Both the position numbers and the translations under genes were made by a program. Below the pieces are notes generated by a model. It did not search any database and was not told the origin of the DNA. It saw only the letters and a program-made list of their open reading frames with translations. A DNA stretch of 63,483 nt, counting the filler, from Dimargaris cristalligena (taxonomy: Eukaryota): NCBI GenBank assembly GCA_003614675.1. It is 3 parts of 3 records of this genome, joined end to end, with 100 filler letters (N's around TTAATTAATTAA, not from the genome) between each part and the next. Parts side by side here need not be neighbours in the genome. Positions count along the whole stretch, not along the records: positions 1 to 21,100 come from ML002672.1; 2 more parts are not named here. The stretch is one strand, 5' to 3'. Below, piece after piece: positions 1 through 13,829 of the stretch (positions within the stretch are counted from its first letter, which is position 1; the number at the start of each line of letters is the position of its first letter).

Positions 1-1940
1 GGCTAAGCCTCAGGGGAAAAATTGAAAAAATCAGACCTATTATTCAGTGAAGGGTAACTCAATGAATGGTCACTTTACTACTGGATGGTGAGCATGGTAA
101 CCTTACCCTCCTAGGTCGGGTTGGACTAAAAGGGCTGAATAGCCAGTCCTTCAGATCCTTACTGTTCAAGCTTATTGGGTTATTGACCTGAATAATTTGA
201 TTTTCCTAAATCTGGGGGGGGGGTTAATTTTAGTTATTACTGATACACTCTAAAACATAGTTCAAATTGCCACAAAAATCTTCAGCTGGAATATGTTGGG
301 TAGTGGTAAGGTGTGTCTCATCACTTTAAAGGGTGGGTAGAAGAAACTTGGAATAGGGCACATTTTATTGGTAAGCTAGATATACACACATGTTACTTTG
401 TCTTTTTGGGGGTATTCATCAAGAAAGAGGATGCATTGAAGTACGTGAAGAGGGATAAATACATCAGGAGAACTCCCTCACCTCGCCCCCAATTTGGATA
501 CCTGAATGAAAAGCCAAAATTTATGATACAGGAGATCTATCCACATCTGGAAATATATAAACAGGCTGCCAAGTTCCTGTTGATTACGTTCAACCCCAAA
601 TAGGCACTCAACAAAGAAGTAGGTTGATTGCTTTTGGAATAGTATAATGGCAATGTCAGATACTCCCATTTAATGGTGGAGGTCCACATGACCTCTATAC
701 CCAGCAACATGTAGGCCCAATTACCTCCTGCTTGGGCAACCAGAACATCTGATTACCTTCTTCCCCCAATTGATTTGGCTGTCAATTTAGGGACAGCTTC
801 AGCAACTGCTGGGAATAAAGTGGATGGATAAAAACATAATAATTAAATGGGGCTACTTAGCCTCTTTATGGCCCAATACCTCAGTTCATTAAGACCCACT
901 TTATATTTGAAAATAAACTTAATTGGTAAATGTAAGCACTTCTACACATAACTTAAAATTATTATAGAAGTGATAATGAACCACAAAGAACAATGCAATA
1001 TTTCCACAGTTGGTTTATTGAGTTAGATAAAAGCAGTGATGGACCATCTAATCCCCCTTAATCTGGATGCCCTCATGCCCATCCCTATTAGGCCTTATAA
1101 CACCATATTAACCTTCCCATAGTCACCCCTAGTACTATGAGATCATCCTATATCATCTAACCCTTCCCCTTCTGGGCTCTGCCTCTTTGCACTAATCATT
1201 CAAGTGCTAATCTGAAGACTCTTCTGGTTACCATCAGAGGCTTATAGATACTAGTGGCTATCCAATTGGTCTATTTACCTATACCATAGCCTTAGTAGTA
1301 ACCTTCTCCCAGGGCCTCCCTCTGGAGTTGTCCCCATATATATATATATAACTGGGCCCCATTGGGACTGGTTAGATTGCTTAACTTATTCCTACCCCCT
1401 GGTTTACCCCTAATAAACCCTATATATACCCATCCCCTCATACTGACTAGTAAGTACACCTGCTGCACATCCCTTGCATATACCTGCACTTAGCCTTTAT
1501 TAGTTAGTACCATGCCTGTACCTAATGCTAGTAGCCCACTTAGCTGAGTCTATGCCCCACCTACTGTTAGAAGCCTACCCTTGGGACTCTTGATAGACTA
1601 AGAGTAGTTAATTAAGGTGACACCCCTTTCTATCTTATCCAATATCTAATATACACCTTACTAATAAAATAGTGTCTGAATTTGCATATAAAAGACACTA
1701 GAATTCTGAATGGAACCCTGGTTATCTACCTATTGGAGTTGACATAAAATTTCTGATACTATTATTCCTTTCAATAAAACCTTAATTTATTTTACTAGTA
1801 TTCCCAAGAACTTCAGTAATTATATTTTCCTTACTACCTAAAAGTATACCTAGAATGTACTGAGAGTACCAGCACCCCTTAGACTACCCACCCTATGTCC
1901 TAGAGCATCCCCAAACCTGTCAAGCTGGAACTTTCCATTC
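1..1940. mobile_element. CpG-depleted degenerate repeat or transposon relic (family not identifiable)
   Basis: By eye only about four CG dinucleotides in 1-1940 and none between ~590 and ~1940, with abundant TA/CTA/TAG. No credible ORF. Normal CpG content resumes after ~1940. Confidence 0.45.
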
Positions 1941-2506
1941 CGACATTAAAGGAACCTGAGAATGGCACCAAGGTCATTTTACAGGTCCCCTAGTCTAGCA
2001 TGACAAAGGTCTAGTCGCCTAATACTACATAAATGATTGTATTCTAGGTCTACTTCACTGTACAGTCGAACCGATTCGCACTCACATCTGACATTTCTTC
2101 CTGATATCAGCGTCAGCCATTAGAAACTAGTTGAGATTATAATGGTTTATTACAGAAAAGAAAAATAGCATACTAAATTATTACTAAAATGACGGCAACA
2201 TAGTTACATGAAAACATCGCCAAGGTCGAACCAGAACTAACCACCGAAACGGCGAATACAATATTGGATAGATTTAAGCGTTAGAGGCGCACTCCAGTCA
2301 ACGGTAGCGCCCTGGGGTCATGAGCAATTATACGAACCTAAAAACAGACTGAATATAATTTCTAATGGGATCAAAAGCAAAATTATCGACCAGACGGCTT
2401 GAAATACTCAGCCAAAAAAAAAAGAACAAAGGTCAATAAGAATGTGAGCGAGATACTTAATTAAATTCGGCCGATTGATACGATTCACCAGGTCGGACAG
2501 CTTTAT

Positions 2507-4545
2507 TTAAGCGGAAGTGTGGCACTCCGCCTTGTCCTCGGGGATGTACTTCTTCATCAGCTGCTGGAACTTGGTGTAGGGGCACTTGGCGAAGTCGCAC
2601 TTGTCGGATTTCAGGAATTCGCCGTTGTAGATCACGCGCACGTAAATCTCACTGGGGTTAGAATCCATGGACCAGAATTCCATGAGGATCTGGGAGGCGT
2701 ACGGGGGCCAGTACATGTTATCCTGACCCATCATGGCGAGGAGGAACGTGATGGTTTCGTCGTGACCCGAGTAGAGTTCCATCTTAGGGGCCCCAGTGGG
2801 CACTGCCTTGATCTGGGGCTTGGCTGGCGCGCTCGTCTGAAAGTGGGCCGGTACCTCCATCACTGTTGCACCGGAGACCGGAGTGTCGGGGGAAGGCACC
2901 GCGGCGGCGGCGGCCGCTACAGGGACGGCCTGGGGCTGGTCCAACTCATTTCGGATTTCCTGGGTGCGGTCGTGCTTGATGCCGAAATTCAGGTTAACGT
3001 TCGTATCCTGGACGCAGCGGCCATCGAGGGTGAAAGTGCAGCTGAGGTTGTACTCGGTGGAGCGGCGGGCCAGCACGGGCTGGGCAGTCTGAGGAACGGC
3101 GGTTTGGGTGTGGCCCGGGTTGGACAGGAAATAATCCCAGCGTTCCGACAGTTCGCGCACCAACCAACCCAAGCCGAGTCGGTTGTACCGGTCGGCGTGA
3201 TCGGCATCACGGCGGGCATAGGCGTATTCCCAGCTACCCATACTGAGCAGGTTCGCGGCCATATGGGCATTGGCGCAATTGCCGCCACCGTTACAGATCT
3301 GGGGCAGATTGTGGCAGTGGCTGACCATGGACAGGTCGGTATAGCCCGAGAAGTTATTCTTGAACACATCGAGGTGGGCCGAATCGTAGAGGTCTTCCAG
3401 GAACGTGCGGACATTACGGAAATGGTTGAGGTATTCCTGCCAGATGGGGCCCTGACGCAGGGCCTGGTCCATTTTCTTAAACTCGGGACAGCCCACATGC
3501 TGGGCCACCAGAGTGTCGGACTGGAGGGGGTACACCACATGGTTAAGCTTGTAGTCAATGTCGCGGTGCTCGGCGGGGTACAAACCGTCCATGAGGCTAA
3601 GGGCCGAAATACGGGTGCGCTGGTAACTGGTACTGCGCACGTACACAGGGTGACCGGCCGAGGCGGTGTACGCATCCATACTGGCAATGGTATCTGGGAT
3701 GGGGATGGTTTGGAGGTGGGAGGGCAAAAAGCCGAGCTTATCCACGTAAATCTTCCGGAGTACCTTGCCGAGCGCACGGTGTTGGGCTTGACCACGTTCG
3801 GTCAGCTGTTCCATTTCACAAGTACCGGGCACAAACACCGACTGGTAGGGCGACCATTTCGTGGTAAAGTAGTTTTGCTCAGCGGCAATGGAGTCGGCCA
3901 GAGGAGTGCCAGGCGCGTCCTTGCTGGTGGATGTCTTCTTGTAATCGTAATCGGTACCACCGCTGTAGTAGCGAACTTCACGCCGTTGGCCGCAGTCAAC
4001 GACGGGGTTGTGTTTGGGAGTGGTGAACAGGAAGTTTCGGTCCCCGTGGCGAATGAAGCCTTGCACCAGACTCAGTGTGGCACCGGGCTATTAGGGCGAA
4101 AACAATCATCATAATAATAATAATAATAGGTAGAATAGTAGATGTTTCGTATATTAGATTGACTATTTCCTACGCAAAAGGGGGAGATAAGAGGGACTCC
4201 AGGAGGTCGGGGTGTATTACAAGGTCCACTTGGTGGGCTAATCTAACTATTGGGTAGGGGTTTACTTAAGTGATAGGGGTGGATGATCACTGTTATTTTA
4301 AGACCACCAATTAGCAGCCCAATTCCAGTATCAAAATAACTAGTATAAGGAAAACTTACCATAGCCTCGTAGGTAGCGGGGTTGGGCATAGTGGGATGGC
4401 AGTACTCATAGTTTTCAGGGGTGGAGAATTGTCTATTGTATCGGTTATTGACAACGGTCTGGGCCGAAATGGGGCGGTCACCCTCGGCGACATGGGAGTT
4501 GGCCACCAACAGGACGGCCAAACCAAGTACACTGACGGTCTTCAT
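2507..4545 (-). CDS. Secreted histidine acid phosphatase (branch 2, ACP6/lysosomal acid phosphatase-like); exons 4545-4360 and 4087-2507
   Basis: Signal peptide MKTVSVLGLAVLLVANS, GTAAGT donor and AATAG acceptor joining ...YEAM|PGATLSLVQGFIRHGDR. Has the RHGxR motif, the RSTxxxRT motif and the C-terminal HD (YSGHDET). Confidence 0.9.
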
Positions 4546-7500
4546 GGTGGATAATTGGTGTAAGGGTCTTAAGAAAAACGAGTCGGTTTCGAAACGACAG
4601 ACGGAGGGATTGGCCGAGTGATTTTTAAAAAACGGAAAGTGGAACCAGCGGGGTAGTCGAAGCAGGGCTCGGCGGTGTGTTGCTACAGAAAGAAAAAAAG
4701 AAGGGGACGAAAGAGGCGATGTACACAGTAAAGATGGTGGTAATGATGTGGTTCGCGTTTTTCTGGAAAGGCGACGAACCTCGCCAATTTATATCACTGG
4801 AATAAAGCGGTGAGCCACATTTCTCTTTAGCGATACCCTTTCACATTTTGGACTCCCCCCTCCTCCTGTGGCTCGCAAAAGTGCCTGCAGGGAATGCGTT
4901 TGTGTACCACATAGCCTACTAACAGGCACCCCTCCCCCTCCCTAGCCACCTAGTTTTAGCTTACTTGAATAGGGCCGTCTGATATTCTGGGACAAGTTGT
5001 TATCGTACTGGGCCTAGGTGGGAGAGAGAGAGAGCGGTAAATTGGCACTGGATAACTAAGCAACTAAATGCTGGTATACCCTGGAGGTTACGCTCGCAGT
5101 CAGGGCCACTCACAGCCGGTAGTGGTGACACCATCCTCTCCCCCCCCCCAACATCTCTCCGCTTTCCCCCTTTTGCATTGGTCTCGGCCTGTCACCTTCC
5201 CCCCGTGTACGGAAGTTAATGTTATGTAGGGCCCTGTTTGATATAGTCTTGCGAGCCCCCATACTATTATTTGACGAATTCCTTTTTTAGTAAGGGGTTT
5301 TCGACAAGGTCCTGGTGGTAGAGCATGCGGTTGTGCAGTGTAACTGTCGCCTCAATTTGAAGAGAAAATGTATACCCTTGTGATGATAGGATGCTGAGCG
5401 GCGGCTAAAATAAAGAGGAGACTCGTCCGGAGTACTGTGCCACGCCAAGGAAGAGGAAGGGAGTGCTACTCTAGCAGGCCGTATTTCCGCCATGAATTAC
5501 CACCACCGTTTGTAAAATCGGCAATGTAATTGGATCGATTCGCTGAGACAGGCCCGATGCAATAATACTTTGGAGAGTCGCTTCGGCCCATGGCACACGT
5601 TCGCCAACTATATGAATCAATTCGGTACTTTTCGGAAGCCCGGGAGCACTTAGAACTACTTCTACCTCTATGGGTTCCCGAAAATAGCGGTGAACAATAC
5701 CCCCTTCAAACAATACCTCTGGATCAAAGACCATCATCGCCCATTGCTTGACCCGTCTTGTGACAGCCACCTATCAGGTACCACACGCTGGTTACTCAAC
5801 TATATTGGCACTGACTATTTTGGGAGAAATCGAGTGGCAGTGCCATTCCAGAGAGGAAGCCAATGGCCCAATGGAGGCAGGTGAGAGAGAGAAGGGCTTT
5901 AAGGATCTTTACTAGGCCGAAACGCGCCATGTAAAACGCTGGTTTAGCAACTCAAAGTCAGGAAAGCCGTACAACTGGCTATATCATAATTTTATTGGTC
6001 CAATTAATCACCCCGTTACACCACCAATTCACGGAAGTGTGAGGTCTGGGAACAGTCTCATGCCAGTCGGCTAAAGCAAAACGCGGAGGAATGGGAGGGT
6101 AAATAAGGATAATGTCTGATTCGGTAAAGAGTATGGTGAGAGGGGAAACGCTCATGTTAACCACACGGCGTAATGAACGGTTTTGATTTCACATGACTGT
6201 TTTATGGCTGAAGCGGAAATGGGGGGGGGGGCGGGGAAAATGAGGGATCTAGTGCTGGTTTACCGTCATGCATGTCAAATGGTAGCGAATATAGCAAGCT
6301 GAACTGACTATTAAGGTTTGGCGTGCCCTGTATCTGATTGCTGGAAATGGGCTTATTGAGAGGTTGCTTCCATCCCAGAATACCCGAGGCGGGTTGGTTT
6401 CCGCTCGGTATGTGGAAGACTAACCTAGGACGTCAAACCGAGGTATCAACTTAAACATTGGCCTGTAAAATAATGAAGAAATGCACATTCTTTTTATTAA
6501 AATGGCTTGGTTTTTGGAATTATTCAAGGAGAGGCTTTGGTTTGTTCGACGGCGTGAGTGGATATTTCAAGCACGCAATGGAGGTTGGTGAATATACCAA
6601 ATGAGATTTTCAGTCCACTAAATCATATGGTTCCACAGACCATCAGCTGCCCCCTACGAATGTGTAGGCTTTTTTCATTTTTTGGGCCGTTCATCGTCTA
6701 TAGAAAAGGGCTAGTCGACTTCAACTGGGGCGCCGCCGTAGTGGCACACTTAGTCGTACGTCCAGCTTAGCAAGGAACAGTCATAAGTGTGCGGACATCA
6801 CACAGTTCCCCATTTTCCATATTCTTGGAAAGTATTTCCGAGCCATGAGTCCAGTCACTTTAGTCTAAGAGGGTGGGGCGACGTATTCGCCGAATAAGGG
6901 GCCTGGCCTATTTATACCTAAAAAGGGGATCGCCAAAATCAGCAAGCCGGCCGAAATGGTGCGACATATTCCCTTTTTTGAAATCGAGGGCTTCTGTTTA
7001 TTAGGTGGATAGGTCGTCAAGTAGAGCTAATGGTGGGTGACTTGGGTAACGGAGCTAGTCAGATGCCGGGAAGGGTACGGTTGACACCAGGTGTCTCTAC
7101 TGCAAGTGAAAAAAGTGATTCTGAATATTGGGATCTGATCCTTGCTGATAAGCACTTAGCCCAAGATAAACTATGTTCTCAGCATCCCCCTTTAATACTA
7201 ATCAAAAAATAAACCAAGTAGAAATCGTTACCTTTGGGTTGGGGCGGGCGTTAGCAAAAATGATCCGGACTGTCCAAATTAACTAGTAAAGCAACGAAAA
7301 TTTAGCCATGTAGCTACCGGTTCTATTAACTAAACGGGAACATGGAGGGAGGGACTGGTAACGGCTACAGTAAGCATTGGAGTGCGGCTAAGAAAATTGG
7401 TGTACTGCAAATAAACCAAGGGAAACTGGCCCAACAGACAGATAATAACCAAGCGGAACTTTTTTTTTACACTAATTCGAATATAGGGCAACATTGCCAT

Positions 7501-8006
7501 CCAACCTGGTTATATAGGGTCTATCGTTGTCTGAACTGCAAATTTTCATCCGGTCATGGATTCGTGTATTTAAAAACCCCCGGATCCCCTTCCTGATAAT
7601 GAACACCGCCTAATAAAATGGATACATGTAAATGGTTATCCGTTTAATTAGAGCCAAAGATACAAATACAACCGAAATTTGTTGGAGTGATATGAATGCA
7701 AACGACTACGAAGCTATTTATTAGATCTTCGAAATGAATGACGGCATCCATTCGGTAGGTTATTTAAGCACTTGGGGGACGATTAAAGACCCATACTATA
7801 TTCAACAAATCGAGTAAAAACTAAATGTGACCCACCATAGATGGCAGTGGGTATCGATATAATTAGATCATCAAACTGGGAAGGTGGGTATGCCAATTTT
7901 TCAGTTAAGGATAATACCGTGAGTTTTTGGTGCACTTGCCAATAAAAAAATACCCTTCGTGAACAAACAAGTGTTGGAGAGGCTAGAGAGCAGCACAAGT
8001 GGGGCT

Positions 8007-9052
8007 CTACTCAGACTTGCTAATATACGTGCGCCAGAAGGCCTCAATGGCCTCAAAATAGCCGTCCTGGATACACGTATCATTATGTTTGCCATCCCGG
8101 AACTCCTTCCAGGTTTTAGGGCAGCCTTCGGCTACGCTATCGTAAAGGGCTCGCATATGGGTGGGCGGTACCAGGTCATCTTTTCCGCCGGATAGGAAAA
8201 GAATGGGCGTGTCCCGGATTTTCGCAATGGCCGACTCGGAGTCCCACAGTTGGTGACAGAAGGCCGTGGTGAATTTGAGCCACGGCATAACGCTGGGGAT
8301 CAATTTACGGAGACTCAAAAAGGTGTTCTCCACGATCAGACCGGCGAACTGGCTCTCCTCCCGCGATACAAGGTCGATGGCCACGGCACCGCCGATAGAT
8401 TGGCCGTAGGCGACAATCTTATTTTTAGAAATGAGGGGGTGCTCACGAATAAAACGAAGGGCGGTAGACGCGTCGATACGGATCCCCTTTTCGTTGGCCT
8501 GGCCCTCACTGATACCATAACCGCGGTAGGAAATCATGAGGATGTTGCAGTTGAGCTGGCGGTACAGGACCTTGGCAATGGGCAGACGGTGCCCCATGTT
8601 ACCGGCATTGGCGTGGAAGTAGAGTACGATGGGGGCCGCCTTGGTTTCTTCATCGGTGGGGCGTCGAATGAGATATCCGTGGATACGGACCCCGTCGGGC
8701 GTACGGAGACGAATATTATCAAATGGCAGGTCATGTTCTTCAGGGGAGGCGACCTAATAAAGGCGGTGGCGGTCCAAGGGGTTGGGTAAAGTGCAGGAAG
8801 TGGTTAGCGTCTGGTATTACTTACTTACTAGCTAGTGAAAGTCGGAGTATCAGGTAATGGGGCAGGATAATGAATGGGTCAAGGGATCAGGGTGGTGAAG
8901 AGTACCTTTTCCCGAGAGCCCTCGGGGTAGCTGGACGGGTAAATGAGGTCGCATTGAAACAGGTAGAGAGCAGCGAGGGCACAAGCGGCGATACCCAAGG
9001 TGGCGACGACGGCGTACTTGGCCACGGACGGCACGTAGTCGAATAGAGTCAT
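8007..9052 (-). CDS. bem46: Bem46/ABHD13-like alpha/beta hydrolase; exons 9052-8906 and 8753-8007
   Basis: N-terminal TM segment plus YLFQCDLIYP, YFHANAGNMGHRLPI, SYRGYGxSEG, GQSIGGAVA nucleophile elbow, DDLVPP and GKHNDT catalytic Asp/His. The phase-0 GT-AG intron restores the frame. Confidence 0.92.
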
Positions 9053-9553
9053 GTTGAGGGCGTCAAGGGTACAAAAGCTAAAGTGGAATGCACAGGGTTG
9101 GAGGGGAATAAGCAACCAAAACAAACAGCATGTGAGGTTCAAGTCCGCCTGGCTTCTGAAACCTTCTCCTTATTCCAATATTCTGCAGGCTGCGTATTTA
9201 GCCAGAGGCGATGACGAGCTATAAGCGGAAGCCCCAGTTTGGGGAGCGGGACGGTAAACACCCCTCCTATTGTTCCAACATGGGAATAATCCCGTTTCGG
9301 GGCGGGAGTTTTTTTAAAAAAAATATATTATTGAAAAAGATACTTTATATTGTCGTTAACTACTTCAGCCACCCTTTTCCATCCTTGGGAAATGAAACGA
9401 CAGGAGTTGGAGAAGATGCGTTGGAGGTTTTGTCGCCCACACCAATACAAGTCTTAGTTTCTAGCTACATTTCCCAGCCCAACTCATTTAAATCGGTGTT
9501 ACTTTGTTGGCTCTTTTCCCGTATATAAATAATTTGTCCAGCTGCCTCTGACC
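9053..9553. promoter_or_regulatory. Probable bidirectional promoter between bem46 and PRP3
   Basis: Head-to-head starts ~500 bp apart, a central A/T tract, and TATATAAA near 9522. Confidence 0.55.
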
Positions 9554-11910
9554 ATGCAGTCTTCGAATACGAACCATGCCGATTCCCCAAAGCCCCCTCA
9601 AGCCAACCCTGGGGGCTCCGACCAACCCCACCTCAAGTCGTTACATCCGAGCCTGGCCCCCCTACCCAAGGCAGACTTTGCTACGTTAAAGGTAAGCATC
9701 GTCAGCCTACAGAGGTACATTTTGAGTACAATCGTGGCAAAACGAGCCTGGATATTCCGCTCAAGTCGCACTATAAATCCCACCCACCCCCATAAACTGA
9801 CTCAATTGACAAAGCATTTACTCCCGCGGGCCCATTCTTGTATAACAGGACCTATAGCATAATTTTAACAGCCGCCAAGTCACGACACCAATCCACCTTG
9901 TCTATTTTATATCGGACTTACTAAATTAACCCCCACATAGGCTAACCAACGGGCCGCTCAAAAACCCTCCAAGATCAAAATCTACTCTGCACCCACTGAA
10001 TTCGCCAATATCGCTAAGAACCCCTATTTTGACCCCGCACTGGGTAGCCACACCGCGGCACCCCATACCCGGAAGCGCCGCGGATTTCACTTTGTTCCGC
10101 AGGGCCGCTATACCCAAGAGGCGAATCAGTTACGCGCGCAGGTAGGCTAACCGCGAACATTTAGTCAAAATCCGTGACTGGCATGCAACAGTCTCCTGTG
10201 TTTATTTTCTAGGTATTATATGGCATTAACAAGTCCATCAAGTACTATCTAACTGGATTTCAACGACCTGGCATCTGCATCTCTTAACCCCATACTAGGC
10301 CTTACTAGAAAAACTGAAAAAAGATATTGCCGAGAAAATCTCCACCGCTGGTATTGAGGGTGACAAGGATACAATGACCGACCGCTGGCTCCGAGTAAGT
10401 CTCGACTATTCCAATGACATAGACCTTGCCTTCACAATGACCATTAACCCGGTTAATGAATTTGGTCTTTGGCGATTCCAACCACCACAGGCCCGAGCCC
10501 ATCGTGCCATTACTGGCTGACTAATTTCTTGATTTATATAATCCGCTTTCCTACCACTATGCTATACTAGAAACCCCCACCACCGGAGGTTGAATGGTGG
10601 GACGCCCCCTTGCTCGCAAACAAGGACTACGCGGACCTGGATAATAATTGTACTCTAATTGATAGCCCCGACTCCCTGATAACGGTGTATGTCCAGCACC
10701 CTATTCCTACCCATTCTGTTGTCCACGAACCCAAGCCAACTAGCCAGCCACTGTTTCTTACGAAGAAGGTAATTATTTGAAAACCTAGCCCTCAGTGTTT
10801 GTATTCGTGAAGAAGTATCACCAAGCCTATTAAGCAAACCATAAGGATTGAATATATATAAAAACACCCGATTGTAATTTCTGCTTTGCAAAATCACTAA
10901 TCGTACTCATCCGGTCTTTAATCTAAACCCCAGGAACGGAAAAAATTGCGCCGACAGCGGCGGGCCGAACTACAACGAGAGCGTCAGGACAAAATTCGAC
11001 TTGGTCTTCTACCGCCTGATCCGCCCAAGGTGAAGCTTAGCAATTTAATGCATGTACTAGCCAATGAATCCGTCCAGGATCCAACCAAGGTTGCCGCTGA
11101 GGTCCGTCGCCAAGTGACCGCCCGTCAAGAGGAGCACGAACGAATCAACCGGGAACGCCAACTGACGGACGAGGAGCGACGCGCCAAGAAGCAGGCCAAA
11201 TTGGCCGAGGATGAAGCGCGGGGGATTAGCTGTCTGGTATTCAAGTAAGTAGTGACATGATTGATATAGGGCCACGGGCCGGCTCATCCGTCTTGCCAAT
11301 ATGGGTTTGTTTGGTGGGGATGATGATCGATTTTTTTAGGCTATCTCACTAATAGTAGCCCCTGGCTTTCATTCCCTGAACTATTGACCAACGTGAAAAA
11401 TATTTGAATTCGCCTCTACACCCTTTTCCGATACCCAGAGTCCAAAATCTCAGCCACCCCCAACACAAGTACAAGGTGGACACAAACGCACAACAACTCA
11501 ACCTTACCGGCGTAGCCATTATGAACCCTATTCAAGGCCTAGTGGTAGTGGAAGGCGGGGCAAAGTCACTCAAGGCCTACAAGAAACTCATGCTACGCCG
11601 CATCGAATGGGACTTGTCCACTGAAAACAGTGACGACAATAGTGACACTGACTCCGAAGACGAGTCCATGCCACCCTCGGGACCCACCGCCGCATCGGGC
11701 AGCCCCGCCCGTGCTACCGGCCCAAATTTTTGCGCCCTGTTATGGGAGGGTCAAGTGCCCGAACGGCGATTTAAACACTTCCGGTTCCGACTCTGTCCCA
11801 CCGAATCCAAGGCCCTCGCCTGCTTGGCATCCGGCCAGGCCGACCAGTTCTGGGCCCTGGGTAAGCAGATTGAGGCGGCGGATTCCGCTCAACACAAGAC
11901 CCAAATATAA
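9554..11910 (+). CDS. PRP3: U4/U6 snRNP protein Prp3; exons 9554-9691, 9941-10141, 10299-10394, 10571-10768, 10934-11244, 11439-11910
   Basis: The spliced product has NPYFDP, PPPEVEWWD, YVQHP, LTKKERKKLRRQRR, LGLLPPDPPKVKLSNLM and KVDTNAQQLNLTG...VVVEGG..KKLMLRRIEW. All five introns are GT-AG and frame-consistent. Confidence 0.93.
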
Positions 11911-12399
11911 CTTTCGCGGTGACGAGGGGACCATAGCTAGACCTTGGATGAGGTTTCCACTACCAATAAATCATGATTATTGTTTTATTTGATCACTACC
12001 TATTTATTTATTTTTTGAGGTCGGATAGGCGTCTATTTCTTTTGTCCCAGATACGTGCGGTGAAATCTCATTAGGGTTACCGTCGCAGAAAGTTGGGCTG
12101 GGAGAGGGGGGTGGTGTTATGCATATAAATCGTGTATATGAATAGTAGTGCTAGTCCAATAGCTCACCCAGTCCATGCCATTGGAGTCACCAAATGAAAC
12201 ACGTATAATAACGCTACAAGGGAATTAGACGCCCGTGAGTGGGTCGAATTGGCAATATCTGCAATAGAAAGAACAATCAGGTGTAGTTATGGGCTGTGCT
12301 AAATATAGCCACAATAGATTGTGAGTATATCTTGGTGTAGCCTGGAGCGGTATGATGTAACTACGGGGATGTGATTGCATAGATTTTTTTTTTTCTAGA

Positions 12400-12424
12400 A
12401 TATATATATATATATATATATATA
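12400..12424. repeat. (TA)n microsatellite
   Basis: Direct reading. Confidence 0.9.
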
Positions 12425-13001
12425 TCAAAATTCCTGCACTCGCTAACGTTCTCACGGACTGTCACTTCTTCGAAACGATTTGATAAGGCTGCTGTGCCTA
12501 TTATGCGTCAGATGCCGATACCATACAATAATAACCTGAAGTGGAAAAAAATAAGCATTGGTTTACTTCATCGACAATAAAGTGCCAAAGTACGGAGGAT
12601 TCTTTACCCGAGACATGTCCAAATATCCCAGTATTTTAGACACACCAGGTTTTTTGTATCTATAAATTCCCGCCTTCCTGTATTTCTAGAGCCCTGCCTG
12701 CAGGAGTCCACTTACCCGATGTCTACGTCTGCAGCACTCTTCCGAAAGTTTCTGGTGTCTCACTAATTCATGGCTGTACAGGCTCTTTCCGAATTTCCAT
12801 TAAACAGGGTGATCATTGGCACAATGGTCAACTCGAGAAACCGCATCACAATAGACAAGCAGGAAAGATTACAAAAAGTGCTAAGGAGATTGTCCAATGG
12901 GCCTTTATTTTGAAGGATAAATAGTTGTATGTCACACAAAAATTACAAAAATCTAATAAGCTATAATCGATTCTAAAAAGAGGGCGCCGAGGCAGGTTCA
13001 A

Positions 13002-13829
13002 CTAGAAGAAGTAGATATTTCGAGAGTGCTGCTTTGGCTTGTGCCGAGTACTTTTGGACTCCTTGAAATCGGGGCCGGCCTTATGGAGACAGTATGGCTT
13101 GATGTTTAATTTACACATGGGGCATATCGAGGACTTCTCGGTGAGCCAGTCGTCGATACAATCCAAGTGGAATACATGGAGACACGGCAATTGCCGAATG
13201 ATCTGTCGCGGCTTAATCTCATTCACACAGATGGGACAGTTTTCTTGCGAATCAAAAATACTGAATTCGTCCTCTACCTTGTCCTGCAGCACACTCGGAA
13301 TGACGGACATGATCCTGTCCATCAGTAGACCCATGGTTGATCGCTTGTTCTCCGTCGGAGCCGCGGTGGCGATCTTCGACGATGGTAATGCAGGAGGATG
13401 CCCATCACTTGTAGATGAAGGCCCCGGATTGTCGTTCGCTTTCTCTACTACATCCCTGGGTGCTGAGGAGGAAGTGGAAGTGGAAGAAGAGGAGGACGAG
13501 GAGAAGGGACCCACGGTCGGTCGTTTCAAGGTCGGCAGGGGCTGTTGCTTAGTGTCGATACGGGGGAGGAAGGCCAATAATTCGGGGCTCAGTGGCTTGG
13601 GGCTAACCTTGGGCAGGGCCAGGGTAAGGGACTCGATGCCCCGCCGACGCTTGGCGGCCCATGTGCGTTCGAAGCGCCTCCGTTGGATGGTAAAATAGAC
13701 GCACAGTCCAATTGAAAATATAATCACGAAACCGATGACCCCCCCTGCGATTGCACCGAAAAACACCGCTTTTTGCTCTTGGCTGAGGCCAGAGTTGGGT
13801 TCCGGGCCGGGGTAATTGCCATCGCTCAT
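13002..13829 (-). CDS. Single-pass membrane RING-H2 E3 ubiquitin ligase (ATL/RNF13-like)
   Basis: N-terminal TM helix (AVFFGAIAGGVIGFVIIFSIGLCVYF) followed by basic residues. C-terminal CPIC...LPCLHVFHLDCIDDWL....CPMCK RING-H2. Confidence 0.88.
   Translation of the reverse strand: MSDGNYPGPEPNSGLSQEQKAVFFGAIAGGVIGFVIIFSIGLCVYFTIQRRRFERTWAAKRRRGIESLTLALPKVSPKPLSPELLAFLPRIDTKQQPLPTLKRPTVGPFSSSSSSSTSTSSSAPRDVVEKANDNPGPSSTSDGHPPALPSSKIATAAPTENKRSTMGLLMDRIMSVIPSVLQDKVEDEFSIFDSQENCPICVNEIKPRQIIRQLPCLHVFHLDCIDDWLTEKSSICPMCKLNIKPYCLHKAGPDFKESKSTRHKPKQHSRNIYFF

Noticed and set aside
2519-4114. 531-aa plus-strand ORF
   Set aside because: Antisense shadow of the GC3-biased phosphatase exon, with no motifs.
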